DNA of 64,000 nt, taken from contig CDRNVI010000046.1 in the NCBI GenBank assembly GCA_977017575.1, positions 62,001-126,000 on the forward strand, given 5' to 3'. The number at the start of each line of letters is the position of its first letter. Position 1 is the stretch's first letter. The notes beneath the pieces were generated by a model that was given only the letters and a program-made list of their open reading frames with translations, was not told where the DNA came from and did no database searches. The translations under genes were made by a program, and so were the position numbers. Source of the stretch: Paramoeba atlantica. Taxonomy: Eukaryota > Protista > Discosea. Of the stretch, positions 1 to 11,300 are shown one piece after another.

Positions 1-1589
1 TCCTCCTCGAACTTTGCGGACTCGTTCACCATGCGCTCGATCTCCTCCTTGCTGAGACGCCCCTTGTCGTTGGTGATGGTGATCTGGTTCTTCTTCCCCG
101 TGCCCTTCTCCTCGGCGCTGACGTTCAGGATACCATTGGCGTCGATGTCAAACGTGACTTCGATTTGTGGCACCCCGCGCGGCGCGGGTGGAATTCCCGA
201 GAGATCGAATGTGCCGAGAAGGTGGCAGTCGCGTGTCATCGCGCGCTCACCCTCGAACACCTGGATATGCACCCCCGGTTGGTTGTCGCTGTACGTGGAG
301 AAGGTCTGGCTCTTCTTGGTCGGGATCGTCGTGTTGCGCTTGATCAGGGACGTCATGACACCCCCGGCGGTTTCGATACCCAACGTCAGCGGGGCGACAT
401 CCAGGAGAAGAAGTCCCTCCGTCTGCTTACTCTTCCCGCCGGTGAGGATGTAGGCTTGCACCGCGGCACCGTACGCCACAGCCTCGTCCGGGTTAATACT
501 CTTGTTGAGTTCCTTTCCGCCAAAGAAGTCGGAGACGAGCTGCTGCACTTTGGGAATACGAGTCGAACCACCGACCAGAACCACGTCGTGCACCGTGCGC
601 TTGTCAATCTTCGCATCCGTCAGGACTTGTTCCACCGGCTTGAGTGTTGAGCGGAAGAGGTCCGCGCAAAGCTCCTCGAATCGCGCACGGGTGATGCTCG
701 TGTAGAAGTCAATCCCCTCAAAAAGAGAGTCAATCTCCACGGAACTCTGAGCCGCGGAAGACAGAGTACGCTTGGCTCGCTCGCACGCGGTGCGAAGACG
801 GCGTAGTGCTCGCTGGTTCTGCGACAGATCCTTCTTGTGCTTTCGCTTAAATTCCTCGACAAAGTGGTTCACGAGACGGTTGTCAAAGTCCTCACCACCG
901 AGATGGGTGTCTCCCGCCGTGGCCTTGACCTCGAAGATTCCACCATCGATGGTGAGCAGAGTGACGTCAAAGGTGCCGCCTCCGAGATCAAAGATGAGTA
1001 CGTTCCGTTCTTGTTGGTCCGAGATCTTATCCAGGCCGTACGCAATCGCCGCCGCCGTGGGCTCGTTGATGATTCGAAGCACTTCCAGTCCGGCAATCGA
1101 GCCCGCGTCCTTCGTGGCCTGTCGTTGGGAGTCGTTGAAGTACGCCGGGACGGTGACCACCGCCTTCTTGACCTCCTTACCGAGATATGCCTCCGCAATC
1201 TCCTTCATCTTAATCAACACCATGGAGCTAATCTCCTCCGGCGTGAAGGTCTTTGCCTCGCCCTTGTACTGGACCTCCATCACGGGCTTCTCGTCCCCCT
1301 GGGAACGTACCTTAAAGGGCCAGTGCTTCATGTCGCTCTGAACAACGGAGTCGGAGATCTTACGCCCGATTAATCGCTTCGCATCAAACACACTGTTGGT
1401 CGGATTCATCGCTACCTGGTTCTTCGCGGCATCCCCAATCAGACGTTCAGTGTCCGTGAAGGCCACGTAGGACGGAGTCGTGTAGTTCCCCTGGTCATTC
1501 GCAATGATTACCACACGCTCGTTCTGCCACACCCCAACACAGGAGTAGGTGGTCCCGAGATCGATACCAATAGCTCCTTCGTACGTCAT
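1..1589 (-). CDS. HSP70: Cytosolic HSP70, copy 1 (C-terminal part runs off the window edge)
   Basis: ATG at 1589 reads [19 protein letters not shown]. It matches copy 2 at an offset of 2366 bp. Confidence 0.97.
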   Translation of the reverse strand, partial: MTYEGAIGIDLGTTYSCVGVWQNERVVIIANDQGNYTTPSYVAFTDTERLIGDAAKNQVAMNPTNSVFDAKRLIGRKISDSVVQSDMKHWPFKVRSQGDEKPVMEVQYKGEAKTFTPEEISSMVLIKMKEIAEAYLGKEVKKAVVTVPAYFNDSQRQATKDAGSIAGLEVLRIINEPTAAAIAYGLDKISDQQERNVLIFDLGGGTFDVTLLTIDGGIFEVKATAGDTHLGGEDFDNRLVNHFVEEFKRKHKKDLSQNQRALRRLRTACERAKRTLSSAAQSSVEIDSLFEGIDFYTSITRARFEELCADLFRSTLKPVEQVLTDAKIDKRTVHDVVLVGGSTRIPKVQQLVSDFFGGKELNKSINPDEAVAYGAAVQAYILTGGKSKQTEGLLLLDVAPLTLGIETAGGVMTSLIKRNTTIPTKKSQTFSTYSDNQPGVHIQVFEGERAMTRDCHLLGTFDLSGIPPAPRGVPQIEVTFDIDANGILNVSAEEKGTGKKNQITITNDKGRLSKEEIERMVNESAKFEE

Positions 1590-1948
1590 CAAGTTAATAA
1601 TAAAATGGAGAGATATGCAAAAGCAATGAAGCTATAGAATTAAATACATTTGAATTCAAGTTCCAACTAACAGACGTAATAATGCCGTGATATTGGGCGC
1701 GTAGTGGTCTTTTTTAAAGAACATATTGAAGCCAAAGCGGTAAAAAACACGACGCACTCATTTGCTCCAAAGTTGTTAGAACCAAAGTACGCTAAACAAG
1801 GTCAAACTAAATTATTTTACCCCAATTTTCCGAATTACGCACAAATAATTGCGTGGTTTACATTGTTAAATAATTTATCTATCAAATATGTGATCCGAAA
1901 AGAAAAAAGGAAAACAAGCAACCCGTTGGAGCAGTCCTAACCCTTGAT

Positions 1949-3955
1949 TTAGTCTACCTCTTCAACCTTGGGTCCCGAGCTCGCCGGTGGGGCTGGGGCG
2001 GCTCCCCCGGCACCTGGGAATCCCTCCGGCATTCCTCCAGGAAATCCCCCGGGCATCCCACCGGGAAACCCTCCCGGGGCTGCACCCTCCGCCCCTGGGG
2101 CGCCTCCACCCTGCTGGTACATCTTGGTCATGATGGGTGTGCATTTCTGCTCCAGCTCCTTCTGCCGCCCTTCGTACTCCTCCTTGCTCGCCTCCTGACT
2201 GGACTCAAGCCACTTGATGGTTTCCTCCACGGCATCGAGAAGGGTCTGCTTGTCGCCCGCGTCCAGCTTTCCCCCCACATTGGGGTCATTCGCGGTGTTC
2301 TTCATGCTGTACGCGTAGTTCTCGAGTCCGTTCTTCGCCTCGATACGCTCACGTTGCTTCCGGTCCTCCTCCTCGAACTTTGCGGACTCGTTCACCATGC
2401 GCTCGATCTCCTCCTTGCTGAGACGCCCCTTGTCGTTGGTGATGGTGATCTGGTTCTTCTTCCCCGTGCCCTTCTCCTCGGCGCTGACGTTCAGGATACC
2501 ATTGGCGTCGATGTCAAACGTGACTTCGATTTGTGGCACCCCGCGCGGCGCGGGTGGAATTCCCGAGAGATCGAATGTGCCGAGAAGGTGGCAGTCGCGT
2601 GTCATCGCGCGCTCACCCTCGAACACCTGGATATGCACCCCCGGTTGGTTGTCGCTGTACGTGGAGAAGGTCTGGCTCTTCTTGGTCGGGATCGTCGTGT
2701 TGCGCTTGATCAGGGACGTCATGACACCCCCGGCGGTTTCGATACCCAACGTCAGCGGGGCGACATCCAGGAGAAGAAGTCCCTCCGTCTGCTTACTCTT
2801 CCCGCCGGTGAGGATGTAGGCTTGCACCGCGGCACCGTACGCCACAGCCTCGTCCGGGTTAATACTCTTGTTGAGTTCCTTTCCGCCAAAGAAGTCGGAG
2901 ACGAGCTGCTGCACTTTGGGAATACGAGTCGAACCACCGACCAGAACCACGTCGTGCACCGTGCGCTTGTCAATCTTCGCATCCGTCAGGACTTGTTCCA
3001 CCGGCTTGAGTGTTGAGCGGAAGAGGTCCGCGCAAAGCTCCTCGAATCGCGCACGGGTGATGCTCGTGTAGAAGTCAATCCCCTCAAAAAGAGAGTCAAT
3101 CTCCACGGAACTCTGAGCCGCGGAAGACAGAGTACGCTTGGCTCGCTCGCACGCGGTGCGAAGACGGCGTAGTGCTCGCTGGTTCTGCGACAGATCCTTC
3201 TTGTGCTTTCGCTTAAATTCCTCGACAAAGTGGTTCACGAGACGGTTGTCAAAGTCCTCACCACCGAGATGGGTGTCTCCCGCCGTGGCCTTGACCTCGA
3301 AGATTCCACCATCGATGGTGAGCAGAGTGACGTCAAAGGTGCCGCCTCCGAGATCAAAGATGAGTACGTTCCGTTCTTGTTGGTCCGAGATCTTATCCAG
3401 GCCGTACGCAATCGCCGCCGCCGTGGGCTCGTTGATGATTCGAAGCACTTCCAGTCCGGCAATCGAGCCCGCGTCCTTCGTGGCCTGTCGTTGGGAGTCG
3501 TTGAAGTACGCCGGGACGGTGACCACCGCCTTCTTGACCTCCTTACCGAGATATGCCTCCGCAATCTCCTTCATCTTAATCAACACCATGGAGCTAATCT
3601 CCTCCGGCGTGAAGGTCTTTGCCTCGCCCTTGTACTGGACCTCCATCACGGGCTTCTCGTCCCCCTGGGAACGTACCTTAAAGGGCCAGTGCTTCATGTC
3701 GCTCTGAACAACGGAGTCGGAGATCTTACGCCCGATTAATCGCTTCGCATCAAACACACTGTTGGTCGGATTCATCGCTACCTGGTTCTTCGCGGCATCC
3801 CCAATCAGACGTTCAGTGTCCGTGAAGGCCACGTAGGACGGAGTCGTGTAGTTCCCCTGGTCATTCGCAATGATTACCACACGCTCGTTCTGCCACACCC
3901 CAACACAGGAGTAGGTGGTCCCGAGATCGATACCAATAGCTCCTTCGTACGTCAT
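1949..3955 (-). CDS. HSP70: Cytosolic HSP70, copy 2 (complete, 668 aa)
   Basis: Has the [18 protein letters not shown] and [14 protein letters not shown] signatures, GGMP/GGFP repeats and C-terminal EEVD. The [10 protein letters not shown] start is kinetoplastid-like. Confidence 0.99.
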   Translation of the reverse strand: MTYEGAIGIDLGTTYSCVGVWQNERVVIIANDQGNYTTPSYVAFTDTERLIGDAAKNQVAMNPTNSVFDAKRLIGRKISDSVVQSDMKHWPFKVRSQGDEKPVMEVQYKGEAKTFTPEEISSMVLIKMKEIAEAYLGKEVKKAVVTVPAYFNDSQRQATKDAGSIAGLEVLRIINEPTAAAIAYGLDKISDQQERNVLIFDLGGGTFDVTLLTIDGGIFEVKATAGDTHLGGEDFDNRLVNHFVEEFKRKHKKDLSQNQRALRRLRTACERAKRTLSSAAQSSVEIDSLFEGIDFYTSITRARFEELCADLFRSTLKPVEQVLTDAKIDKRTVHDVVLVGGSTRIPKVQQLVSDFFGGKELNKSINPDEAVAYGAAVQAYILTGGKSKQTEGLLLLDVAPLTLGIETAGGVMTSLIKRNTTIPTKKSQTFSTYSDNQPGVHIQVFEGERAMTRDCHLLGTFDLSGIPPAPRGVPQIEVTFDIDANGILNVSAEEKGTGKKNQITITNDKGRLSKEEIERMVNESAKFEEEDRKQRERIEAKNGLENYAYSMKNTANDPNVGGKLDAGDKQTLLDAVEETIKWLESSQEASKEEYEGRQKELEQKCTPIMTKMYQQGGGAPGAEGAAPGGFPGGMPGGFPGGMPEGFPGAGGAAPAPPASSGPKVEEVD

Positions 3956-4115
3956 CAAGTTAATAATAAAATGGAGAGATATGCAAAAGCAATGAAGCTA
4001 TAGAATTAAATACATTTGAATTCAAGTTCCAACTAACAGACGTAATAATGCCGTGATATTGGGCGCGTAGTGGTCTTTTTTAAAATATGGATAATAAACC
4101 GAATTTCGGAGCGAT

Positions 4116-5069
4116 TCAGTACGATGATCGTCTGGAAGGTCTCTCCGAATCTAGTTTGTAGTTTGTAAAGCTTTCTGAATCAGTGCATCCTTCAGAGTCA
4201 CCTGCGCTGCTTGAAAGGCCTTCAGAGGCGTACGAACGGGAAGAACCGCTTTTTGAATCATAACTACGAAGGGAAGAACTTTCGGACTCGTACTTACGAC
4301 GTGAAGGGCTTTGAGAATCATATCTGCGATGACATAGAGGACACCTCGATCGCTTGCGATGTCGTCTCGGAAGACTGACAGAATCGTATCGAGGAAGATG
4401 CCTTGAGGAACTTTCAGAATCATACCGACGACGACGTTTCTGAGGACTTTCAGAATCATACCGACGACGACGTTTCTGAGGACTTTCAGAACGTTTGCGA
4501 GGACGACGTGAGAAAGGCTCAGAATCATTACGGCTATGTAACGCACGTTCACGTAAACCGAGTGGAGCACCTCCTTTTTGTTCCACCCGAATTCGACTTC
4601 TACCAATCTCTCGATTCCTCATATCGAAGGCGAGTGCCTGCTCACGAGCAGAAGCAAACCCCACAAAGGCATAGGCGCTTCCACCTTCCTTGCGACTGAA
4701 ATAAGTAACGGGCCCAACATTGCTCTCAAAAAAGCTAATAAGCTCCTTGTTTGTAGTTTGGGGCCGAATGCTACCCACGAATACTTGATGAGATTTCTGA
4801 CCTGTGCCTCGTCGATTACTGCTCTCTGGATCACTCTTGATTTCTACTCGAATAGGTAAATCATTAAAATTACGTCCCGTATACTTGGGTGCTTGATCGC
4901 GAGAAGAGACTTTGTCGAAACCGATAATACCAAAAGTGTCCACTCCATTGTCTTTCAAGTAGAGATGATCAACGTTTCCACACTCACCAAAAAAATTACG
5001 TACCTCATTCTTTGTTACACCCGAGGGCATTCCCCACACGCAAATCTTCTGCTCATCGGGGGTTCCCAT
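4116..5069 (-). CDS. SR-like RNA-binding protein (two RRMs plus Arg/Ser-rich tail)
   Basis: RNP2/RNP1-like motifs ICVWGM/FGIIGF and VFVGSI/YAFVGF. The tail is built from RRRRYDSESPQK-type units, with a 36-bp tandem repeat near 4410-4491. Confidence 0.8.
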   Translation of the reverse strand: MGTPDEQKICVWGMPSGVTKNEVRNFFGECGNVDHLYLKDNGVDTFGIIGFDKVSSRDQAPKYTGRNFNDLPIRVEIKSDPESSNRRGTGQKSHQVFVGSIRPQTTNKELISFFESNVGPVTYFSRKEGGSAYAFVGFASAREQALAFDMRNREIGRSRIRVEQKGGAPLGLRERALHSRNDSEPFSRRPRKRSESPQKRRRRYDSESPQKRRRRYDSESSSRHLPRYDSVSLPRRHRKRSRCPLCHRRYDSQSPSRRKYESESSSLRSYDSKSGSSRSYASEGLSSSAGDSEGCTDSESFTNYKLDSERPSRRSSY

Positions 5070-5212
5070 AGAAAGAGTAATAATTCAAAAGTTCATATTG
5101 ATGTGAAAAATAGTGCAACCAGATTTTTGCTGTAGAGAATCGTACAGAAAAGATTTGCTTCTTTTTTTTTGCCTCCATAGCCTATAAAGAAACCTATAAC
5201 GTCTACTGACCA

Positions 5213-5824
5213 CTACCTATTCACTATTTGAGTTCCGAACCACCTTTTGTCTTTTAAAGATTGGGGTAGTTTCTTGATAACCACTTCTCCATAAAGCTTC
5301 CGATTGCCGTTAAGAGAAATTCCTATTAAACCTTCATGTAAATAAGAAAAATCGACCAGTCCTTCGAAATGATTCTCACGCAGAAAAAGCTCTTTCAAAC
5401 TGACGGGCAATTGACATAAGTTTACCTCACCTACAAATAAATTGGATGACAAGGCCACTATTTCGATGCGGGAAGGCAACATTTCCAACTCTACTGTTCC
5501 GCTTAGGTAATTGTGAGACATCAGTAGTTCAGTTACCGAATCGGGCAGGAATGCCATGCGAATATTACCCTTAAGATCCTTTGTCACTTGTATAAGCTTC
5601 ACTACATTGCCAGCTTCGTCAACCCTTACTCCACGCCACTCATTCAATGCAACATCAGTTTTCCAAGAATGATGCGGATTACTTATCCCAGCAAAAAACC
5701 GATGCAGTTGGTTTTCTTGGGGTAAACTCGCGCCGCGTACTCTAGCAAGACGGGAGCAACGATTGCTTGCTTCAGACAAAAGAAAAGAGTTCACAAAAAT
5801 TGTCAATGTGCGCAACACCAGCAT
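5213..5824 (-). CDS. Leucine-rich repeat protein, paralogue 1
   Basis: Repeats of LPxxLxxLxLxxNxFxGxV follow a WRGV N-cap. The ATG at 5824 comes directly after a T-rich tract and AG (ttttagaATG) and begins a short hydrophobic N-terminus. Confidence 0.8.
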   Translation of the reverse strand: MLVLRTLTIFVNSFLLSEASNRCSRLARVRGASLPQENQLHRFFAGISNPHHSWKTDVALNEWRGVRVDEAGNVVKLIQVTKDLKGNIRMAFLPDSVTELLMSHNYLSGTVELEMLPSRIEIVALSSNLFVGEVNLCQLPVSLKELFLRENHFEGLVDFSYLHEGLIGISLNGNRKLYGEVVIKKLPQSLKDKRWFGTQIVNR

Positions 5825-6213
5825 TCTAAAAATCTGTAAAAAAGGTAGATAAAAATTTTTATTAAAGTACTTTTCTGACCTTCTTATACGAAATTTCATT
5901 AAGATCACTCTACTAATACTGTTTTCATAAACGACTAACGAAACATTATCTTCACAAAGTATAGGAAAGCTGTAAAATAAAAAGAACAAACTTCCTTACA
6001 AAAACAAAACAAGTGTAGGCACTCAACCCACGTGACCCGTAGTATACAAACTGATCTCAAATTTACAATCAACGTCAATCATATTGTTACATCCATTCGT
6101 TAAAAACAAAAATAAAAGAAACCAAAAAAAGCAGGGCACGAGCACACCCCTTTCCACCCTGTCGTCCCCCCCCCCTCCTAGCTCGTTGCGTGGCCGTGTA
6201 CCCCCCGGGGCTA

Positions 6214-8187
6214 CTAGCGGTACTCCGGCGGGTAGTGCGGGGGGGCTGCGGGGTGACTGCTGTCGTAGGCCTCCGTCCCCGGGCTGGGGCCGAGCCCCGG
6301 GTTCGTCCCCGGCCCGGACCCGTAGGCCATCACGCGGGGGGGGTGCGCCCCGGCCTCCCGCACGCCGTGGGGAGGGGGGTGGGGGTAGCCCCCCCCGGGG
6401 TAGCGCGAGCCCTCGAGGGCTCCGTAGGGTACGACGTGGAGGGGCTGGCCGGTGTGGGGGTCGTACAGCACCCGCGGGGGGGCGGGCCGTGGGTGGGGCG
6501 CCCCCTCGGGGGTCTTCGAGCCCATGAAGTCTTTGGGGCCAAGACCCCAGAGGGAGGGACTCCCGGGGAGCGCACGGTGTCGGGTCTCCCAGGAGGGGTG
6601 TGGGGGGAAGGGGTCGATGGGGGAGGCGGTGGGGGGGAGGTGCGAGGCCCCCGGGGGGTTGCGCTCACTGTGGGGGGCGGTGGGGTGGGGAGTCCCGTAG
6701 TGCGTAGTGGGGTGCGGTGGGGTGGGGTAGTGTTGTTGTCGCTCGGGATGGGACTCACGTAGGCTCCAGAGGGTGGGGGTCTCGGCGGGGGCGTCGCGGT
6801 ACATGGGGGGAGGAGGGCGATGGGGTGGCCGATGGGTGCTGGGATAAGAAGCCGGGCGTGCCGGAGAGGTTTCCAAGGAATCCTGTCGCTGGTCGAACTC
6901 ACTGGGGCGTCGCTGCGTGCGGGAGGCGTCACGTTGGATCGAGGTCTCATTAAGGGTGCCATGGCGAATGCGCTCCATTGAAGAGGAATTGTCGCTTAAC
7001 GTGGAAGGCTGAAGGGGATCCAGCACATCATGGGAGGACGCGGATATACGATCGTTTAAATTCAATGCGTGAACGAGATCACTTACAATAGAGTGGGTGG
7101 GGTTGGGGCGATCCGTATTTTCCGGTTCCTCCAGTGGAACTTCGGTTTCGTCGCATCCAAACACCACTTGGGGATAGCCTTCCTTCCGCTGCATCCAGGT
7201 TGCAACATACGCTGGGTAGGATAATGTAACTTTGTGTGGAGGATTGCGCTCAGGCAAACGAGTAGCTTGCTCATCTAATTGAACAGGTTTGACCTTCTCA
7301 ACAGTAGTGTCCTCATGGCCGAAAATCCAAGATGTCTCTCCTTGTTTGTCGGATTCAAATACGGATTTCGCGGTGACGTAAAGCTTATTGCTGATATTCT
7401 CGAGCTCAACATTCTCTTTTACTCCCACAGCCTCATCTATTTCCTCAACCCATTGCTCCTTTGATGATTCGTTTATTATTGGATCGTTCACTTGCATCTC
7501 CACTGTCTGTGATAATAGTTCATTCGAGAAGTTCAAGGTTCTGGTTTCATCAGTTTCAGCATCTGCGCTTGTCCCATCGATTTCTCTTTCTGTAAGTGTT
7601 TTTGCGACAGATCTTTGTAAGGCCTCTAAATACGATAGTTTTGCTAGTTCACGTTGCACAGGTGCTATTGGGTCATGTGTAGTCTCAGGTTCAGCGCTGG
7701 TGTGCACAGACACCGATCCGCCTTCATTAGCTTTCTTCTTGTCTCCAAGAGTATGCTCCGTGTGACCGAAACGTAATTTTTGATGTCTATCAGCAAAGCG
7801 ATTTACTTTGCCATTCCAATCTATTTGCCGCGCCTCTCCGTAAGCCCTATGTCTACTATTATTCGTATGATGTCGTCCAGTACGCAATGTTTTTGTTTTT
7901 TCTTGGTCCGACATTTGCGTCTCCTTAGGTGTTTTCTGAGACTTCGTGGCAGACTGTGCCTCACGTGAAAGCGCATTAGGGACAGAAGAGTCTACGCTTT
8001 CTCTACCACCTCTACGAGAAACGAATGGCCTTGCGCGATAAGAATTCTGTGTAATTCGAGAAGCGGTCCGGGCTGAAGACACCCAACGTACCTCACCGTG
8101 ATCCCTTCCTTCATATTGTTGAGATTGTGCAGAGCCTCTAGCGCGCCCTCGCGAACTATACCGGTACCCGCGTTCTTGATATGACAT
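6214..8187 (-). CDS. Hypothetical protein (about 657 aa): RG/R-rich N-terminus, acidic middle, Pro/Gly/Tyr/His-rich low-complexity C-terminus
   Basis: Long ORF on the cluster strand. The ATG at 8187 follows a pyrimidine tract and ccagcctcc. No family recognised. Confidence 0.7.
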   Translation of the reverse strand: MSYQERGYRYSSRGRARGSAQSQQYEGRDHGEVRWVSSARTASRITQNSYRARPFVSRRGGRESVDSSVPNALSREAQSATKSQKTPKETQMSDQEKTKTLRTGRHHTNNSRHRAYGEARQIDWNGKVNRFADRHQKLRFGHTEHTLGDKKKANEGGSVSVHTSAEPETTHDPIAPVQRELAKLSYLEALQRSVAKTLTEREIDGTSADAETDETRTLNFSNELLSQTVEMQVNDPIINESSKEQWVEEIDEAVGVKENVELENISNKLYVTAKSVFESDKQGETSWIFGHEDTTVEKVKPVQLDEQATRLPERNPPHKVTLSYPAYVATWMQRKEGYPQVVFGCDETEVPLEEPENTDRPNPTHSIVSDLVHALNLNDRISASSHDVLDPLQPSTLSDNSSSMERIRHGTLNETSIQRDASRTQRRPSEFDQRQDSLETSPARPASYPSTHRPPHRPPPPMYRDAPAETPTLWSLRESHPERQQHYPTPPHPTTHYGTPHPTAPHSERNPPGASHLPPTASPIDPFPPHPSWETRHRALPGSPSLWGLGPKDFMGSKTPEGAPHPRPAPPRVLYDPHTGQPLHVVPYGALEGSRYPGGGYPHPPPHGVREAGAHPPRVMAYGSGPGTNPGLGPSPGTEAYDSSHPAAPPHYPPEYR

Positions 8188-8361
8188 GGAGGCTGGAGGG
8201 GGCAATAAAAAATAAATTAAAAGATATATAAATGAAAAGGATGTTAACACTTGCATAAAGTTGTGCAGGGGGAAGCTAATGATGATGATATCATATCTTT
8301 TAAGATAGAGTATTTTGAGGATGTAACTAACTTGCGCATATGACGCTGTTAGGTGCATCCC

Positions 8362-11300
8362 TTATGCGGACAGTGTCTCTGCATCGCTCCATTGCGGGGA
8401 ATCACGCTTGTGCCATAATAAGAAGCTGGAACGGATAGCAGCTCGGGAGAGTGACGCCCGACATTTAGCCCCCAAATCTTCGTCCCCTCCAAACAACCGA
8501 TTAATATCCGCTGAGGAGGCTACCAGACCACCTCGTGCTCCAATTTCGAATACGAGGAGGTACGTGTTCGGGTGCACTGTTCGTCGTTCGTGTAATAGGG
8601 CGTTGTACTTGAGGCGTTTATATTCATTTGCCTGCATACAGTTTTCTTCCCAGGGGACAGTGAGCTCAACGATGTATTCTGTACCGTCAGTCAGTGCAAC
8701 GAATCCGTCTGGGCGTTGATGATTTGTATTGTTGTGCAGCCAGTGTGGTGGATTTCGGTGACCTAGTAGGTCAAAATGCTGGTATTTTGTATGCGGGGAT
8801 TCTTGGATGCGTTTGGCCAGTTCAGTTAGCACTGTGTCGTGTCTGAGGGTATAACGCCCCTGATCAAGAGATGTTTTGCAACCTGAAATAACGTGTCGTA
8901 CCGTCTGTGCTTCTTTTCCGCATACCACACATGTCGCATTTGAGAAGTGAAGGCCCCATGTCCGAAGGTTTGACTTTGAGGGTAAAGGAGTGGTAAGTAG
9001 AACCGAGGTCGCAAAACGTGTTAGCTTCGTGCTGTTCAGGTTGTTCAGTACGGCGGAAAACTCCTTCGCAAGTTCAGTTTCGGAAGGTGTTGTCCACCAT
9101 TGGGCTGCGACCGGTGCTCGTTTCTGAAGGTCTTGTACAATTTTCGCTTCGTAATATTCCCGCATGGTTTGTTTGGCGCGTTTTGCGTCGTTTAGATGTT
9201 GGAGGATTTCGCATGCTGGTCGTAGTTGCCCTCTAGCTCGCCTGTTTTGCTCCTCTTCAATGCGGGAACGTAGCGCTGCTTGGACATTGATGTCTCTGGA
9301 TTTATTCATTTGAGTCATCGCGGTGGCAGTGCATTCGAACCAAAGCTTAGAGAGTGCTGTTAGGCCCCAACCGCGATCTGAGTACAGGACTTCTGTGCTA
9401 CCTTTAGAGGCCATGTTGATCCATTTCCTAATGTAGGAGGTTGCCGTCTTCTGGAGTCGAAGTATAAAGTTGAACGTTATGCATGGATGGACCGTGAAAG
9501 CATATCGTAGGCGAGCGAGCATGACATTTTGATAGATCCATAGTTTTTCAGGTAGCGTATGTGCGCTTCGGTGCACATTTTGTAACCAAGTCTTAAGTTT
9601 CGCGTTCAACTTTTTATATAGCTCTCTGGCTTGTTGTGCTCCAGGGGCCAGTGTCATTCCCAGGAAGGCACTACCTCTGTCGCAAATGTGGGGAATCGGA
9701 TCTCCGTCACATTCAATCTTTGGCCGCCTCGTCATATATCCTGGATGTTCCGTTCCCGCTCGCATGGCCATACATTGTACCCTACTTTTTTCGACGTTGA
9801 TAGACAATCCAATGCGTCTAAGGACGATAAAGAGTGATTGTATAGCATTGTTCATGTCGAAATCACTTGACGTAATTATCGTAAGGTCATCAACATAAGC
9901 CTTTAGGAAGTGCTTTGGTGTATCGGGGTAGGATATGCCATAGTACGGGCATGTGCGACGCATGTAGCGGAGGACGATCTCCATCGCAATATTGAAGAGC
10001 ACTGGGGATAGAGTATCACCTTGTAGTACGCCACGTTGCACTGCGATTTCCTTGGTTAGTCCTTGGTCGCATTTGAATCTCGTAGTGGCTGGGAGATACA
10101 TGCCTTTGATGTATTCAATGATTTCGGGTGACACGCGCGCCCAGGTGAGAGCTTCGAATATGATGTCGTGGGAAAGCGAACCGAATGCGTTTCTGAGGTC
10201 GATCTGGGCCAGACAGTACTGATTCTTCTTGCGCTGATGATGTTGCAGCAGGTTACACAGTGTTTGGGTGTGTTCCAGAGTTCCATTCATCCGTGGTAGA
10301 AACCCCTTTTGGATAGTCGTGTCAATGACTCCTGAGCTTACAGCATGGTCAAGGAGTTGGTGTCCTATGATGCTGTGAAGAAGTTTTCCCAGACAGCTTG
10401 TGAGTGCTATGGGCCAGTTCCTAGGTATTTTAGGGTCTCCACCTTTGTGGATAAGACGCGTGATCGCTAGAGACCACGACGTGGGGCATGTCCCGAATTT
10501 TATTAAGTCATTAAACATTTTGGCCAGGGAGCTGTATAGTGCTGGGCATCGTTTTAGCGCTGCGTTTGTGATTGTATCTTGCCCTGGTGAGCTAGAGCCC
10601 CGTTTGCTTGAGATGGCATTGGCGATTGTTTCGGCTGTTACTAGTATCCACGTCATTTCGTTGGTGGCTCTAGGGCCTAGTATATCGAAGTTAGGGAGCC
10701 GAAGAGTGTCGCGCTCTTTCGTTAGGGTTTGACTGAAATGTTCCTCTATTTCGAGCATTGTACAGCTTGGGTATTGCGTGTTTGTGACTTCATCCTCACT
10801 GGGTCTGTCCATGGCTTCAGCAGCCGCAGTCCATGGGTTTCTTGAGAAACGTTCATGCGCCCATCTACCTTCTAACGCTCGGCGTTGCACGTCGGCCTCG
10901 TCTGCGTAGATTCTTTCTAGCTTCTTGTTTTCTTTGATTTGGCGGCGTAAGGTATTTCGGGCTTCCGTGCCATGGGTGAATCTAAGGGATCGTTTCAGTC
11001 GTTGTATATGCTTGGATAGTTCTCGGTTCACTTTTTCTATGGCTAAAGGTCTATATTTAAATTTGGAATGTCCTTGTTTTGTGCGAAGAACGAACCCTTT
11101 GGTGGGATTCACCTCTTGACTCACCTCAAAGGTTGATACAGCGATAGACGCGGCGAGTATAGCACCGTTCTCCTTTGCTAGGAACGCGTTTGTGGTGTCT
11201 TCGTGTAGGAGCTCCTTGCATCTCCCTAGGGCTCGCTTTTCTACTGAACGCCATTGATCATCGTTTAGTTTGACGCAGAGTTTCCCACCTTGAATGTCGT

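Larger units (their letters stand above)
1..4084. repeat. Tandem HSP70 duplication, 2366-bp unit (1..1718 = 2367..4084)
   Basis: The same ORF set recurs with a 2366-bp offset. Identity ends about 130 bp upstream of each ATG, at ...GTGGTCTTTTTTAAA. Confidence 0.95.

Noticed and set aside
31-3739. Many plus-strand and alternative-frame ORFs over HSP70
   Set aside because: Antisense or frame shadows of a strongly codon-biased gene, with no motifs.
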